From positions 13,312-77,311 of the forward strand of contig JAABSZ010000001.1 in assembly GCA_011390135.1 (NCBI GenBank): DNA of 64,000 nucleotides, in the 5' to 3' direction. Made by a program: the position numbers and the translations under genes. Under the pieces are notes generated by a model. It did no database searches, was not told where the DNA came from, and saw only the letters and a program-made list of their open reading frames with translations. This DNA is from Desulfobacteraceae bacterium. GTDB lineage: Bacteria > Desulfobacterota > Desulfobacteria > Desulfobacterales > JAABSP01. The number at the start of each line of letters is the position of its first letter. Within the stretch, counting starts at the first letter, position 1. This document shows, one piece after another, positions 8,086-16,803 of this stretch.

Positions 8086-9636
8086 CTGTGTTTTAATTAC
8101 GGGAAAACTACGAAACTGAACAGAAAATCGCTGCTCTCCTTCAGAAGTCCAACAACCGAGATCAAATCTTGGGATAATTTTTGCTTCTGGATGCATATTT
8201 CCAAACCTTAGACTTGCCATCGTTGGTACATCTGTAACCATTAATGCCGTAACATAACCAGGGCTTTTGTTACCAGCAATTTTTTTACCGGCAAGCAAAA
8301 CATGTTCCGGCCAATGTTCAACGCCATTATCATCAACTATCCTTGTTATGGGCCGATTAGTATGATAGTTGTTGTATATTGCTAAATCTTTATCCTTTTC
8401 GTTACTTGTAATATAGATATGTATCATCAATTGCTGCCCGGACAATTCGCAGCTCTGAATCTCAAAAGAGAATCCTTGTGCTTGTTGAACAACAGGAAAA
8501 CCTTTTGACGAAATATTGCCAACGCTGCCGCCGCCGATGACGGCAGTTCCGGAAATCCTTGATTCTTCTCGCATCAATGCTAAAATATCAGGGGCCTTTC
8601 TGATCTCCACCTCTGCGGCAGTCATTGCCACCCCTTTTTCCACATCAACCAGCCGGGCACGAATAACTGCATTATTTCCGACATCGGTTATAGTCCCCAG
8701 AAGTGCCGCCTCGCTTCCCAGCAGTTTACCCAATTTCTGTGCAGTAGAGATGTCCACCAACCCGGAATATGATATATTCTGCTCATTCAATATCTTTTGC
8801 AGTTGGGATCGCTCGACTACCTGATAGCCTTTTTGAATAAAATATACGGAAAGACCCTCGTATACATTTTTTGTGAAATCGTTGAAAGAATTACCGTGGG
8901 GAAACTCCGTAAGGACAATCTTATTGACTTTTAAGACCCCCGGTACTTGGGAGGATGGATTGAAGGGATGAGTTGCTTTCTTATTGTCAGGTCCCAGTGG
9001 GTCATATAGAAATTTCATCTTTGCCCATGTCGCTGCATCCAATTGTCCATTTACCGTCAGGTGTGCAAATTTTTGAAATCGCTTGATCGCTTCCGATAAC
9101 TGAGTCAGATTCCTTTCGTCATAATGACCCGGTGAAAATCCTCCGTTTTTCAGCCGTCGGTGAACCGATTTCAGATCAACACTTGGAACAGCGATAAGTC
9201 CTTGTCCTATTCCTGTCGAATCAGAACGCCCTTCCGGAGAAATGATATTTTGCTGATATACTTTGTCTCCCTTCCGAATCGGCATGAGGGCTGCAATGGG
9301 ATTTGCCAAGGACATATTTCTCCTGACTTTTGAAACCTGAATCTTTCCAACAGGCTCTTCTTCATAATAGGGTTTCCCATCCAGCATCATGACATCCCCC
9401 GGGCGAACGACTTCATAAACAGAGCCTTCAAAAACAGAATCTTTCTCTCCCAGATTGATGTAGACGACATCATCTCTTACATCAATAACTTTACCGGAAA
9501 CAGACGAAGTAAGTTTATCCGCCAATTCTTGAATTTTTTGGGTCAACTCGCTTTGGGCAGCAGAATTTCCAGGAGATATAACCACAAACAAGAAAATTGC
9601 AAAGCTAAGGAATAAAGTTAAAATTCTTTTCTTCAT
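8080..9636 (-). CDS. Paralog of 5989..7521: secreted SH3-like barrel + PG_binding_1 + CsgG/FlgO-like + divergent C-terminal domain
   Basis: ATG at 9634-9636 with RBS aaaggaaagga. Signal peptide ..PGNSAA|QSEL. Collinear with 5989..7521 (QKIQELADKLTS.., RRLKNGGFSPGHY..AIKRFQKFAHL..ATWAKMKFLYDP, ..VERSQLQKILNEQ..STAQKLGKLLGSEAALLG..IRARLVDVEKG). Visibly lower GC than its neighbours. Confidence 0.7.
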   Translation of the reverse strand: MKKRILTLFLSFAIFLFVVISPGNSAAQSELTQKIQELADKLTSSVSGKVIDVRDDVVYINLGEKDSVFEGSVYEVVRPGDVMMLDGKPYYEEEPVGKIQVSKVRRNMSLANPIAALMPIRKGDKVYQQNIISPEGRSDSTGIGQGLIAVPSVDLKSVHRRLKNGGFSPGHYDERNLTQLSEAIKRFQKFAHLTVNGQLDAATWAKMKFLYDPLGPDNKKATHPFNPSSQVPGVLKVNKIVLTEFPHGNSFNDFTKNVYEGLSVYFIQKGYQVVERSQLQKILNEQNISYSGLVDISTAQKLGKLLGSEAALLGTITDVGNNAVIRARLVDVEKGVAMTAAEVEIRKAPDILALMREESRISGTAVIGGGSVGNISSKGFPVVQQAQGFSFEIQSCELSGQQLMIHIYITSNEKDKDLAIYNNYHTNRPITRIVDDNGVEHWPEHVLLAGKKIAGNKSPGYVTALMVTDVPTMASLRFGNMHPEAKIIPRFDLGCWTSEGEQRFSVQFRSFPVIKTQQ

Positions 9637-9659
9637 GTTCCTTTCCTTTCTCGAACAAT

Positions 9660-10706
9660 TCAATTTACCCTCAATGCCAATGAATCGGTATCAAACCCTT
9701 TGATTGAAATCGAAAGATCCTGCGGCGGTGTCCTTAGAATAAGATCGGCCAGAGTTTTGCTTTGTCCGGCAAAACGAACCAGATATCTCGCCTCTCCGCT
9801 GTTGAAGGATTTCAAATCCACCTTTTTGACCCCAAAAAGCCTGCTCAGATGCTTCGTGAATTGTTGCACCGTATCATATGAACCTGTTTTTGCACTTAAG
9901 GAAATGGTTTTTCCGCTTGTCAGCTCCCGGCTCCACTTCTCACTGACCGATCCGATCAACTTCGAAGCAAGGACCTCGGCGGCCTGTTGATACGCCTGTT
10001 TCAAGGCGGCATCCTCATTCAGTCCGGCTCCGTTGGAAACCGCGCTTTCCGCTGCAATCACCTCTTGCGTGCTTCTCCGGATCGCCTTTGCATCCAATTT
10101 TGCAACAACCCCGTGAAAACCCGTGTTTCCAACCACATTTCTGTTCGTGATCCTGCCTTCTGTTTTTACAATGACATCCGGTGGGGTTTCTGCATTCTCA
10201 TCAACGACATAAAAGCCCTTTGCACTGAATATACGCTTGAGGGCAGGGATCGATTCGGAATGCTCCAGCCCCTGATCCTCTCCGCGGATCTCGACCACCG
10301 GATTGCCGACCGCATCCAGCAGTATCCCCAGGGCCGTCAGGTCATCTTTTACCGATTCACCGGAGACCATGACCAGAACCGTGACGCTCAAAATCTCCGG
10401 CTGCTCTCTCAGCTCAAGGATCTTATACTCTTTTACATATCCTCTGGTTTTGCTCAACACGGAGCGATCGATGGAGACATAGTTTTGGGTAAAACTTTCC
10501 GCGGTGATGTAAGCGCCCATCACTTTGGTAATGGCCGTGCTGAAGGCTTCCTGAAGGGCCCGTTCCTTTGCCTGAGGCGTATTTCCCTCATAGATCACGG
10601 CCTCTCCCATCACAGTGACGGATTGATCCTTCTCCGCACAGAGCGCCTTTACAGGAATTGCCGCCATTACCGCCAGAAAAAAGATGATCAGAAGATTGGC
10701 TTTCAT
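9660..10706 (-). CDS. Secreted LPP20/FlgT_N-like domain protein
   Basis: Signal peptide ..VKALCA|EKDQ. The stretch VTVMGEAVIYEGNTPQAKERALQEAFSTAITKVMGAYITAES..YVKEYKILEL..LSVTVLVMVS has the LPP20/FlgT N-terminal-type pattern. ATGA overlap with the upstream TPR gene. Confidence 0.5.
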   Translation of the reverse strand: MKANLLIIFFLAVMAAIPVKALCAEKDQSVTVMGEAVIYEGNTPQAKERALQEAFSTAITKVMGAYITAESFTQNYVSIDRSVLSKTRGYVKEYKILELREQPEILSVTVLVMVSGESVKDDLTALGILLDAVGNPVVEIRGEDQGLEHSESIPALKRIFSAKGFYVVDENAETPPDVIVKTEGRITNRNVVGNTGFHGVVAKLDAKAIRRSTQEVIAAESAVSNGAGLNEDAALKQAYQQAAEVLASKLIGSVSEKWSRELTSGKTISLSAKTGSYDTVQQFTKHLSRLFGVKKVDLKSFNSGEARYLVRFAGQSKTLADLILRTPPQDLSISIKGFDTDSLALRVN

Positions 10707-12379
10707 AGCATTGCATCCTCCAATAAATAGTTGTCAAACAGATCGTTCTTCTCCAGCCGGTCTCCTTTTTGCCGGTACCGGCCCGCGGTTTCAAAATCCC
10801 CTATCCTCTGGTAGATTTCCGCCAGCGCCCGAAACGCATCCATATAATAGGGGCCTTCCGCGGCCGATCGCTTCAACAGGATGACGGCCTGCTCCAGTTT
10901 TCCCGATGCCATGTAGCAGAGGCCCAGATAGTGACGGGCATTTCTGCCTGAGCCCTGATCCTTTGCGAGCCGCTCGAAGATCCCGATCGCCTTTTCCGTA
11001 ATCCCCTTTTTCATGTAAGCCCGTCCCAGACCCAGCAGAGCCCTCCGGTTGCCGGGATCTGATGCCACTATCTGCCGGAAAAGATGCTCGGCGTCATCGT
11101 AACGGTTCAGGGCCAGCCAGGTCTGCCCCAGATTGTTTTGAACTCCGATCTTATCCGCTACAGAGGGCAGGGCAGCCCTGTAAGCTTCCGCGGCTTCTCC
11201 GTACCGGCCCAGCCTGAACAGCGCATTGCCCGTCCAGAAGAAGAATGCCGAAGGATCTTCATCCCTTCGGGCCGATAAAAACGCCGACAGCGCCTGTTCG
11301 TACTTTTTCAGGCCGTAAAAGCTCTTTCCCCGGACAAGGGCGAGATCCGCCCCCTTTCCCCCCAGCGCCTCTGCCTTATCCGTTTCCAGAAGCGCTTCTT
11401 CGAAAAACCCCAGAGAGAGGTATTCTTCGCCCAACAGCCGATGATCCATCTCTGTGACCGCATTCCTCAGCCGAAAATGCATCAGCTCTTTGCGGCCTTC
11501 ATCGATGAGCCAGAGATCTTCCCCCCCGAATGCAAAGCGCTTGGGTGTTTTGAAAAGGCTTTCGTAGAGGGGGAAACGGCCCTTCAGCTCCAGATCGGTT
11601 GAAAGATAGAAGAGATGCCTGCCCAGTGCATCCGTAAGATAAAGGTAGCCTTCGGGCCCCATGTTCATGTCTGCAATCTTGATATAGGTTTTGTCAGCCG
11701 TTTTCAAAAGAGGCCCTTTTGAAATGATCTTCCCTCCCCTGATTTTGATCAGATCCACACGATTTTCATCCAGACAGATCGTGGTTTCCGGCCCCATGGA
11801 GAGGCAATCTGCAATGTCTCCCCCGTAACTCTTTCCAATATCCCTCACAAAGACGGTATTGTCTGCCATAGAGAAGATCAGCAGCTTTTTTTGCCCGCTG
11901 TCCCAGACGGCCGTTTGACCATCCGGCATTTTCGATATGGAGACGAGCCGGTCCAGGGCAAGATGGGTATTGCCGAAAACTCTTACGATCGGGCCGGCCG
12001 GTTGGGTGACGATAATTTCATGCCGATATGGATAGGCGATCCACAACCGTCCTTCTTTATCTGCTTCGATGGATGCCGGACCAATTAAACGCTCTTTTTC
12101 CCGGAGCCTGATGGGAACAGGCGCGAAGGATTTTCTCTCCGCCTGTAGATGCCAGAGATCCGAAGAGGATGGGTCGATGATGAAGATTCTTTGATCCGGC
12201 AGAACCGCAAGATCCGTATCGACGCCGAACCCTTCCATGTCGAAGGCTTCTATCCATTCCAGATAGAGGGTGCCGGCCTCCGATGCCGGGACCCGGGGAA
12301 CAGTTCCCGCAGCAATGACAAAGCATACGGCTGTGACAAGATATAAAATGACAGGATCTGTTTTTCGACGAGGTGACAT
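10703..12379 (-). CDS. Secreted/anchored protein: N-terminal beta-propeller-like region + C-terminal TPR repeats
   Basis: 558-aa ORF with an N-terminal hydrophobic segment. The C-terminal half has multiple TPR units (..YEQALSAFLSA.., ..GRYGEAAEAYRAAL.., ..NRYDDAEHLFRQIVASDPGN.., ..GKLEQAVILLKRSAAEGP..). Confidence 0.65.
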   Translation of the reverse strand: MSPRRKTDPVILYLVTAVCFVIAAGTVPRVPASEAGTLYLEWIEAFDMEGFGVDTDLAVLPDQRIFIIDPSSSDLWHLQAERKSFAPVPIRLREKERLIGPASIEADKEGRLWIAYPYRHEIIVTQPAGPIVRVFGNTHLALDRLVSISKMPDGQTAVWDSGQKKLLIFSMADNTVFVRDIGKSYGGDIADCLSMGPETTICLDENRVDLIKIRGGKIISKGPLLKTADKTYIKIADMNMGPEGYLYLTDALGRHLFYLSTDLELKGRFPLYESLFKTPKRFAFGGEDLWLIDEGRKELMHFRLRNAVTEMDHRLLGEEYLSLGFFEEALLETDKAEALGGKGADLALVRGKSFYGLKKYEQALSAFLSARRDEDPSAFFFWTGNALFRLGRYGEAAEAYRAALPSVADKIGVQNNLGQTWLALNRYDDAEHLFRQIVASDPGNRRALLGLGRAYMKKGITEKAIGIFERLAKDQGSGRNARHYLGLCYMASGKLEQAVILLKRSAAEGPYYMDAFRALAEIYQRIGDFETAGRYRQKGDRLEKNDLFDNYLLEDAML

Positions 12380-12438
12380 GCAAAATTCTCCGGAACCGGG
12401 GTTGTTCGATGCGAATCATGAAAGTACAGACAGGCGGG

Positions 12439-12467
12439 GGGGCTTTTGAAAAGGATTCAAAAGCCCC
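12439..12467. other. Intergenic 12-bp stem / 5-nt loop hairpin without a U-tract
   Basis: GGGGCTTTTGAA-aagga-TTCAAAAGCCCC, between the stop of 12475..13500 and the start of 10703..12379. Confidence 0.6.
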
Positions 12468-12474
12468 TGCCGGC

Positions 12475-13500
12475 TCAGTCGATCACAATTACAACCCGGG
12501 TCTCCTTTAAAAATCCGGTCTGATGATCCGCCTGCAGAATATCTTCGCCGTCTTCCTCTTTCAATACCAGGTCAACCCTGTTTTCTCCATCGACATCGGC
12601 TGCCTTTATCAGAAGCGGATTCTCCCCGATTCGGGACAGCTTTCGTGCCTGGCCTACATCTTTTCTGTAGGCGCAGAGACCGTCGGATACCGCGGCATTG
12701 GGATCTGCGACACCGAGGCTGTAGATGATTTTTCCGCCGGCAGTTTTAATGGTCGGATATATTGCGGCAGAGACTTTCAGGCCTTTTGCATCGATGACAA
12801 GGCCCGTAAACAGGATTTCGGTTTCCGGGGCAGCCTCCGAAGCTCCGGCCGGCTTCTCTTCTCCGGAATCTTCTGTTGTCAGACTTCTATCTGCATCCCG
12901 GCCCTCTGCCCTTTGCTTCATCTTCTGCCCGGCTTGGGGGCGGGTCACTCTGGTGACAATGCCGATTTTATTTACTTTACTCATTTCAAAGGGCAAAAGG
13001 GCGGCGCTGATCCCGTTCTCTCCATGAATCGGCATGCTCATCTTGATCTGATAGCTGCCGTCTGCTGCCTGGCGAAGTTCCTCGACCACCGCATTTTTGA
13101 CCAACCCGGAGACCCGGGTGTTGACCACATGGTTTTCGTTGATGAAGTTGCGCGTGGTGGACTGCGAATCGACGCGCACCTCTTTTATGGTTTCCAGAAG
13201 GCGGGCCATTGCGGTATCGATAGCGGCCCGTTTCGCCCGGACCCGGGCCTGTGCGGGGCTTACCGCGTTCTGAGGCGGCACCCCGTCACCCACAGCATAA
13301 ACGACATTGTTTTCCCAGTCGATATAGCCGATCATTTCATCTTCCAGACTGCTGACCTCCTGGACCACCTGATCACCGCTTTCCATTTCGATTTTCAGCG
13401 GTTTCGGATCCTGGGCAAAAGCAGTTGTGCTGAAGACCATGCCGACAATGGCAGCCATAGCCAAAACGATTCCCGTTCTTTCAGATTTTGCTGTTTTCAT
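12475..13500 (-). CDS. Secreted LPP20/FlgP-like domain protein with an acidic linker and a C-terminal beta-rich domain
   Basis: The internal ATG at 13498-13500 (RBS ggaggaac) gives the signal peptide MKTAKSERTGIVLAMAAIVGMVFSTTAFA|QDP. The stretch ..SPAQARVRAKRAAIDTAMARLLETIKEVRVDSQSTTRNFINE..VSGLVKNAVVEE..DGSYQIKMSMP resembles the LPP20 lipoprotein family. Confidence 0.6.
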   Translation of the reverse strand: MKTAKSERTGIVLAMAAIVGMVFSTTAFAQDPKPLKIEMESGDQVVQEVSSLEDEMIGYIDWENNVVYAVGDGVPPQNAVSPAQARVRAKRAAIDTAMARLLETIKEVRVDSQSTTRNFINENHVVNTRVSGLVKNAVVEELRQAADGSYQIKMSMPIHGENGISAALLPFEMSKVNKIGIVTRVTRPQAGQKMKQRAEGRDADRSLTTEDSGEEKPAGASEAAPETEILFTGLVIDAKGLKVSAAIYPTIKTAGGKIIYSLGVADPNAAVSDGLCAYRKDVGQARKLSRIGENPLLIKAADVDGENRVDLVLKEEDGEDILQADHQTGFLKETRVVIVID

Positions 13501-13923
13501 GAATGTTCCTCCTTTTCCGGTTTGGCGTTCATTTTTTCTCCCCTCCATACCACGGCCGGTGCAGAACTTCAAGGGCGATAATGACCGCGGAAGCGGACTG
13601 ACGATTTTTCTTTGTCCCCGTTCATACTCTATTCGAATTACATACAAATATGATTTGACATCCCATCCTTTCAATGGTAAGAGATTTTCTAATAAGAAAA
13701 ATGAGAAACTGATAAATATCTAAACCCGAGTTTTTTTAAGATGATTTCCGATAAATATGAGCATGAGGAGATGTTGGACATGAAATCAAGGGCCGCATTG
13801 TTTTTGGCTATTTTTGCTTGTCATTTATAGTTTTCGATAAGACAGGAGCCTCAGCAGATTTGGTAGGAAATTTCATAAGGCATAAGGTTGATCAACATCC
13901 AAACAAAGGAAAAAGGAGCTGTC

Positions 13924-15978
13924 ATGATCAAAAAATGTTGTGCGATTCTTGTTTTTCTATTTATCCTTTTGAGCATCAGCCTGACGGCCTTTGCAGAAGA
14001 CAGAAAGCCGGTGGTCATTCCCGGAAAGACCTTTCTTCCCCTGAAGGTTCTCACCCGTCCCTTTGCCAATATCTATCAGAATCCGGATGAGAGCAGCGCT
14101 ATCATCAAGGAGAATGTTAAGGTCTTCCAGTCCTTTTTTGTCTATACCCGCCCCGATGTCAGTATTTCCGAGATCGCGGCCGAAGGATGGTATGAAGTCG
14201 GAGAGAACAACCGCGGCGCGGTGATCGGCTGGATGAAGGCCGATGATGTCATGGAATGGAAGCAGACCATGTGCCTGGCCTACGAACACCCCTCCGGAAG
14301 AAAGCCGGTGCTGATGTTCGAAGATCTTTCCGCACTTAGAGACCTGGTGAAGATGCCGGGCGAGGATCGGATCAGCAAGGCCAATACCTACTATGACCAG
14401 ATCAAGTCGGGCAAAATTCCCTCAGACTTTCCCGTCATCTCCATGGAGCCCGAGGATGCCATAGATATCAGGGATAAATTCTATCTGCTTCCGATCCTCG
14501 AACATGCAGCCATTGAAATCGAAGGCCGGGAGGGCAGACTGCTGAAAATGGCCGCTGCCACCCAAAGCGGCATCGGCGGACAGACATTGAAAGAGAATCC
14601 GGAAGCTTTCACTCCCGAAAAGGATACGTCCGGGGACGCCTCCAACCCCGAAGCGGAGATGTTCAAAAAGCTGAATATGGACATAGTCTATGTGGTTGAT
14701 ATGACCGGCAGCATGGACCCCTATATCAAGGCTACACTGGATGCCATCAAAAACATCTCTTTGAAGGTGTCGAAGGATGCCGAGATCGCAGAGAGCGTCC
14801 GTTTCGGACTGTGGGGCTATCGGGACTCCATGGACATTCCGGGGATCGAGTTCACGACGAAGAATTTCACGCCCGAAATGCAGAAAGTGACGGATTTCGA
14901 AAAGACCCTGGCGGGGGTGGAAGTCGCCAAGGTCGGCAGCAAGGACTATGAAGAGGATGTCTTTGCGGGGATGGACAAGGCCATGCAGGAGACCGAGTGG
15001 ACCGAAAACGCCCTGAAGATGATCATCCTGTTGGGAGATGCGCCTTCCCACGCCCCCGGCCACAAATGGAACCACTCCGGGCAGAGTGCGGAAACCCTGC
15101 GGACATTTGCCGACGACAACAAATACAACATCTTCGCCTTTCATATCAAGGACCCCCGGGCAAAAGACTACTGGGATGCGGCCGAAAGGCAGTTCAGAAC
15201 CCTTTCTTTGAACAGGGGCGTGGATGAAGCGACCTACTGGTCAGTTCTCTCCAATGATATGGATGCCTTTGGAAAGGCTTCCAAAGAGATCGCAGATTCC
15301 TTTGTCACGCTTTTGAAGGATGTCAAAGTCGGCAAGGTGACCTATGACGAGATCAAGGATACGGCCGATTTGGGCACAGCCGGGCCGGAGCCTCAAAAGG
15401 CGGAAGCGGCCGGTGATGCCGGGGAAAAGGCGAAAAAACTGGGGTATGCGGCCCTGGTGGACTGGATCGGAAAGGAGAAAAACACCCCTGCGCCGGCCGA
15501 TATCATTGCATGGGTCACGGACAAGGATCTCATCGATCCGGCCATCCCCTCCATGGATGTCCGGGTGTTGATCAACAAAAAACAGATCGACTCCCTCCGG
15601 ACGATCCTCCAGGAGGTGATGACCGCGGGCCGGCGGGGACTCATCGGCGGCGAGAAGTTCTTTGACGCGCTACAGGCCATTCCCTCGGCAGCGGCCCGGG
15701 GCGGAGAGCAGATCCGCAGCGCCGCATCCCTGGCCGAAACGGGCCTGCTTCCCGAATTCATGACCGATCTGCCCTACCGTAGCCAGGTCATGACCATGAG
15801 CAACGAACTCTGGGGCAGTTGGTCCATGGATCAGCAGGAGGAGTTTTTAAACCATGTGGATGCAAAGATCAAATTGTACGTCGCGATCCACAATGAACCC
15901 GATGGCTGGATTGCTCTTCATCCGGGAGATGATCCGGATGAGCATGTCTATCCGCTGAGCCTGACCGCGCTGCCGTAA
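13924..15978 (+). CDS. Secreted von Willebrand factor A (vWA) domain protein
   Basis: ATG at 13924 after RBS aaaggag. Signal peptide ..SLTAFA|EDRK. MIDAS-type VYVVDMTGSMDPY.. ..FGLWGYRDS.. ..MIILLGDAPSH. Large N- and C-terminal extensions of unknown fold. Confidence 0.75.
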   Translation: MIKKCCAILVFLFILLSISLTAFAEDRKPVVIPGKTFLPLKVLTRPFANIYQNPDESSAIIKENVKVFQSFFVYTRPDVSISEIAAEGWYEVGENNRGAVIGWMKADDVMEWKQTMCLAYEHPSGRKPVLMFEDLSALRDLVKMPGEDRISKANTYYDQIKSGKIPSDFPVISMEPEDAIDIRDKFYLLPILEHAAIEIEGREGRLLKMAAATQSGIGGQTLKENPEAFTPEKDTSGDASNPEAEMFKKLNMDIVYVVDMTGSMDPYIKATLDAIKNISLKVSKDAEIAESVRFGLWGYRDSMDIPGIEFTTKNFTPEMQKVTDFEKTLAGVEVAKVGSKDYEEDVFAGMDKAMQETEWTENALKMIILLGDAPSHAPGHKWNHSGQSAETLRTFADDNKYNIFAFHIKDPRAKDYWDAAERQFRTLSLNRGVDEATYWSVLSNDMDAFGKASKEIADSFVTLLKDVKVGKVTYDEIKDTADLGTAGPEPQKAEAAGDAGEKAKKLGYAALVDWIGKEKNTPAPADIIAWVTDKDLIDPAIPSMDVRVLINKKQIDSLRTILQEVMTAGRRGLIGGEKFFDALQAIPSAAARGGEQIRSAASLAETGLLPEFMTDLPYRSQVMTMSNELWGSWSMDQQEEFLNHVDAKIKLYVAIHNEPDGWIALHPGDDPDEHVYPLSLTALP

Positions 15979-16059
15979 ATCGGTCTTTGCAGGGCGGCAT
16001 TGGGCTGTCCTGCACAATGCCGGTCTGTCTTCATCCATTCAAACAGAGAGTTTCCTGCA

Positions 16060-16803
16060 ATGGCAGTCGAGAATGCTTTTTCCCTTCGAAACGTGGTAAA
16101 GGAAAGAGAGAAGGGCGGCAATCGCTTCGAGCTGATCGTCGAAGAGTTTGAAATCGGTGCAGGGGAGTTCGCGGCCATCATCGGGGCCAGCGGATGCGGG
16201 AAGAGTACCCTGCTGGACATGCTCGGCCTGGCCCTGAACCCGACCCGCGCGGATACCTTCACCATCCGGATTCCGGGCCGGAATATCGAATATGAGATCA
16301 TGGGCCGGAGCGAACCCCGTCTGGCCGATATCCGGAAGAAGCATATCGGCTATGTGCTGCAGACCGGGGGGCTGCTTCCCTTTCTGACGGTTCGGGAGAA
16401 CATCTTTCTGCCCTGTGCCGTCAACGGCATGGCCGGTATGGAAGATCATGTGGACGCGCTGGTGAAGCGGCTGAAGATCGACGATCAGATGCCCAAAAAG
16501 CCCCAGTATCTTTCCGGAGGGCAGCGCCAGCGGGCCGCGATCGCCCGGGCCCTCTCCCACCGGCCGCCCATCGTTCTCGCGGACGAACCCACGGCCGCGG
16601 TGGACAAGCCGACGGCCCAGGAGATCATCGACAATTTCAAGTCCCTGACCCGCGAGATGGGCGTCACCGTCCTGATGGTCACCCATGATCTGCAGCTCGT
16701 GGAAGGGACTGCGGACCGGATGTTCACCTTTGCGGTGGACAAAAAGAGCGATCAATTCACGCGCTCCGTATGTTTCGAGAAAAGGGGCGGAGGAGAGGAA
16801 TGA
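16060..16803 (+). CDS. ABC transporter ATP-binding protein (LolD/MacB-ATPase-like)
   Basis: Walker A GASGCGKST, signature LSGGQRQR, Walker B IVLADEPT, H-loop VTHD. Start chosen at ATG 16060 (MAVENAFSLRN). Confidence 0.85.
   Translation: MAVENAFSLRNVVKEREKGGNRFELIVEEFEIGAGEFAAIIGASGCGKSTLLDMLGLALNPTRADTFTIRIPGRNIEYEIMGRSEPRLADIRKKHIGYVLQTGGLLPFLTVRENIFLPCAVNGMAGMEDHVDALVKRLKIDDQMPKKPQYLSGGQRQRAAIARALSHRPPIVLADEPTAAVDKPTAQEIIDNFKSLTREMGVTVLMVTHDLQLVEGTADRMFTFAVDKKSDQFTRSVCFEKRGGGEE

Noticed and set aside
12475-13674. N-terminal extensions of track ORFs (12475..13674, 13888.., 16000.., 16770.., 18686.., 20313.., 32271..32996, 36079..37251, 43577.., 45893.., 48491.., 54255..55847, 55875..56972, 61159..)
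   Set aside because: In each case an internal ATG with a Shine-Dalgarno sequence yields a proper signal peptide, lipobox or domain start. It also removes overlap with the upstream gene, so the shorter models were used.
13803-13817. Sigma-54-like TGGCT-N-TTGCT element upstream of the vWA operon
   Set aside because: The GG-to-GC spacing is two nucleotides shorter than the strict -24/-12 geometry, unlike the well-spaced element at 50774-50789.
13780-13830. 16-codon mini-ORF MKSRAALFLAIFACHL* resembling a lipoprotein signal peptide
   Set aside because: It is too short to evaluate and has no convincing RBS. It may be a remnant or chance. It is mentioned only because it lies in the divergent control region.
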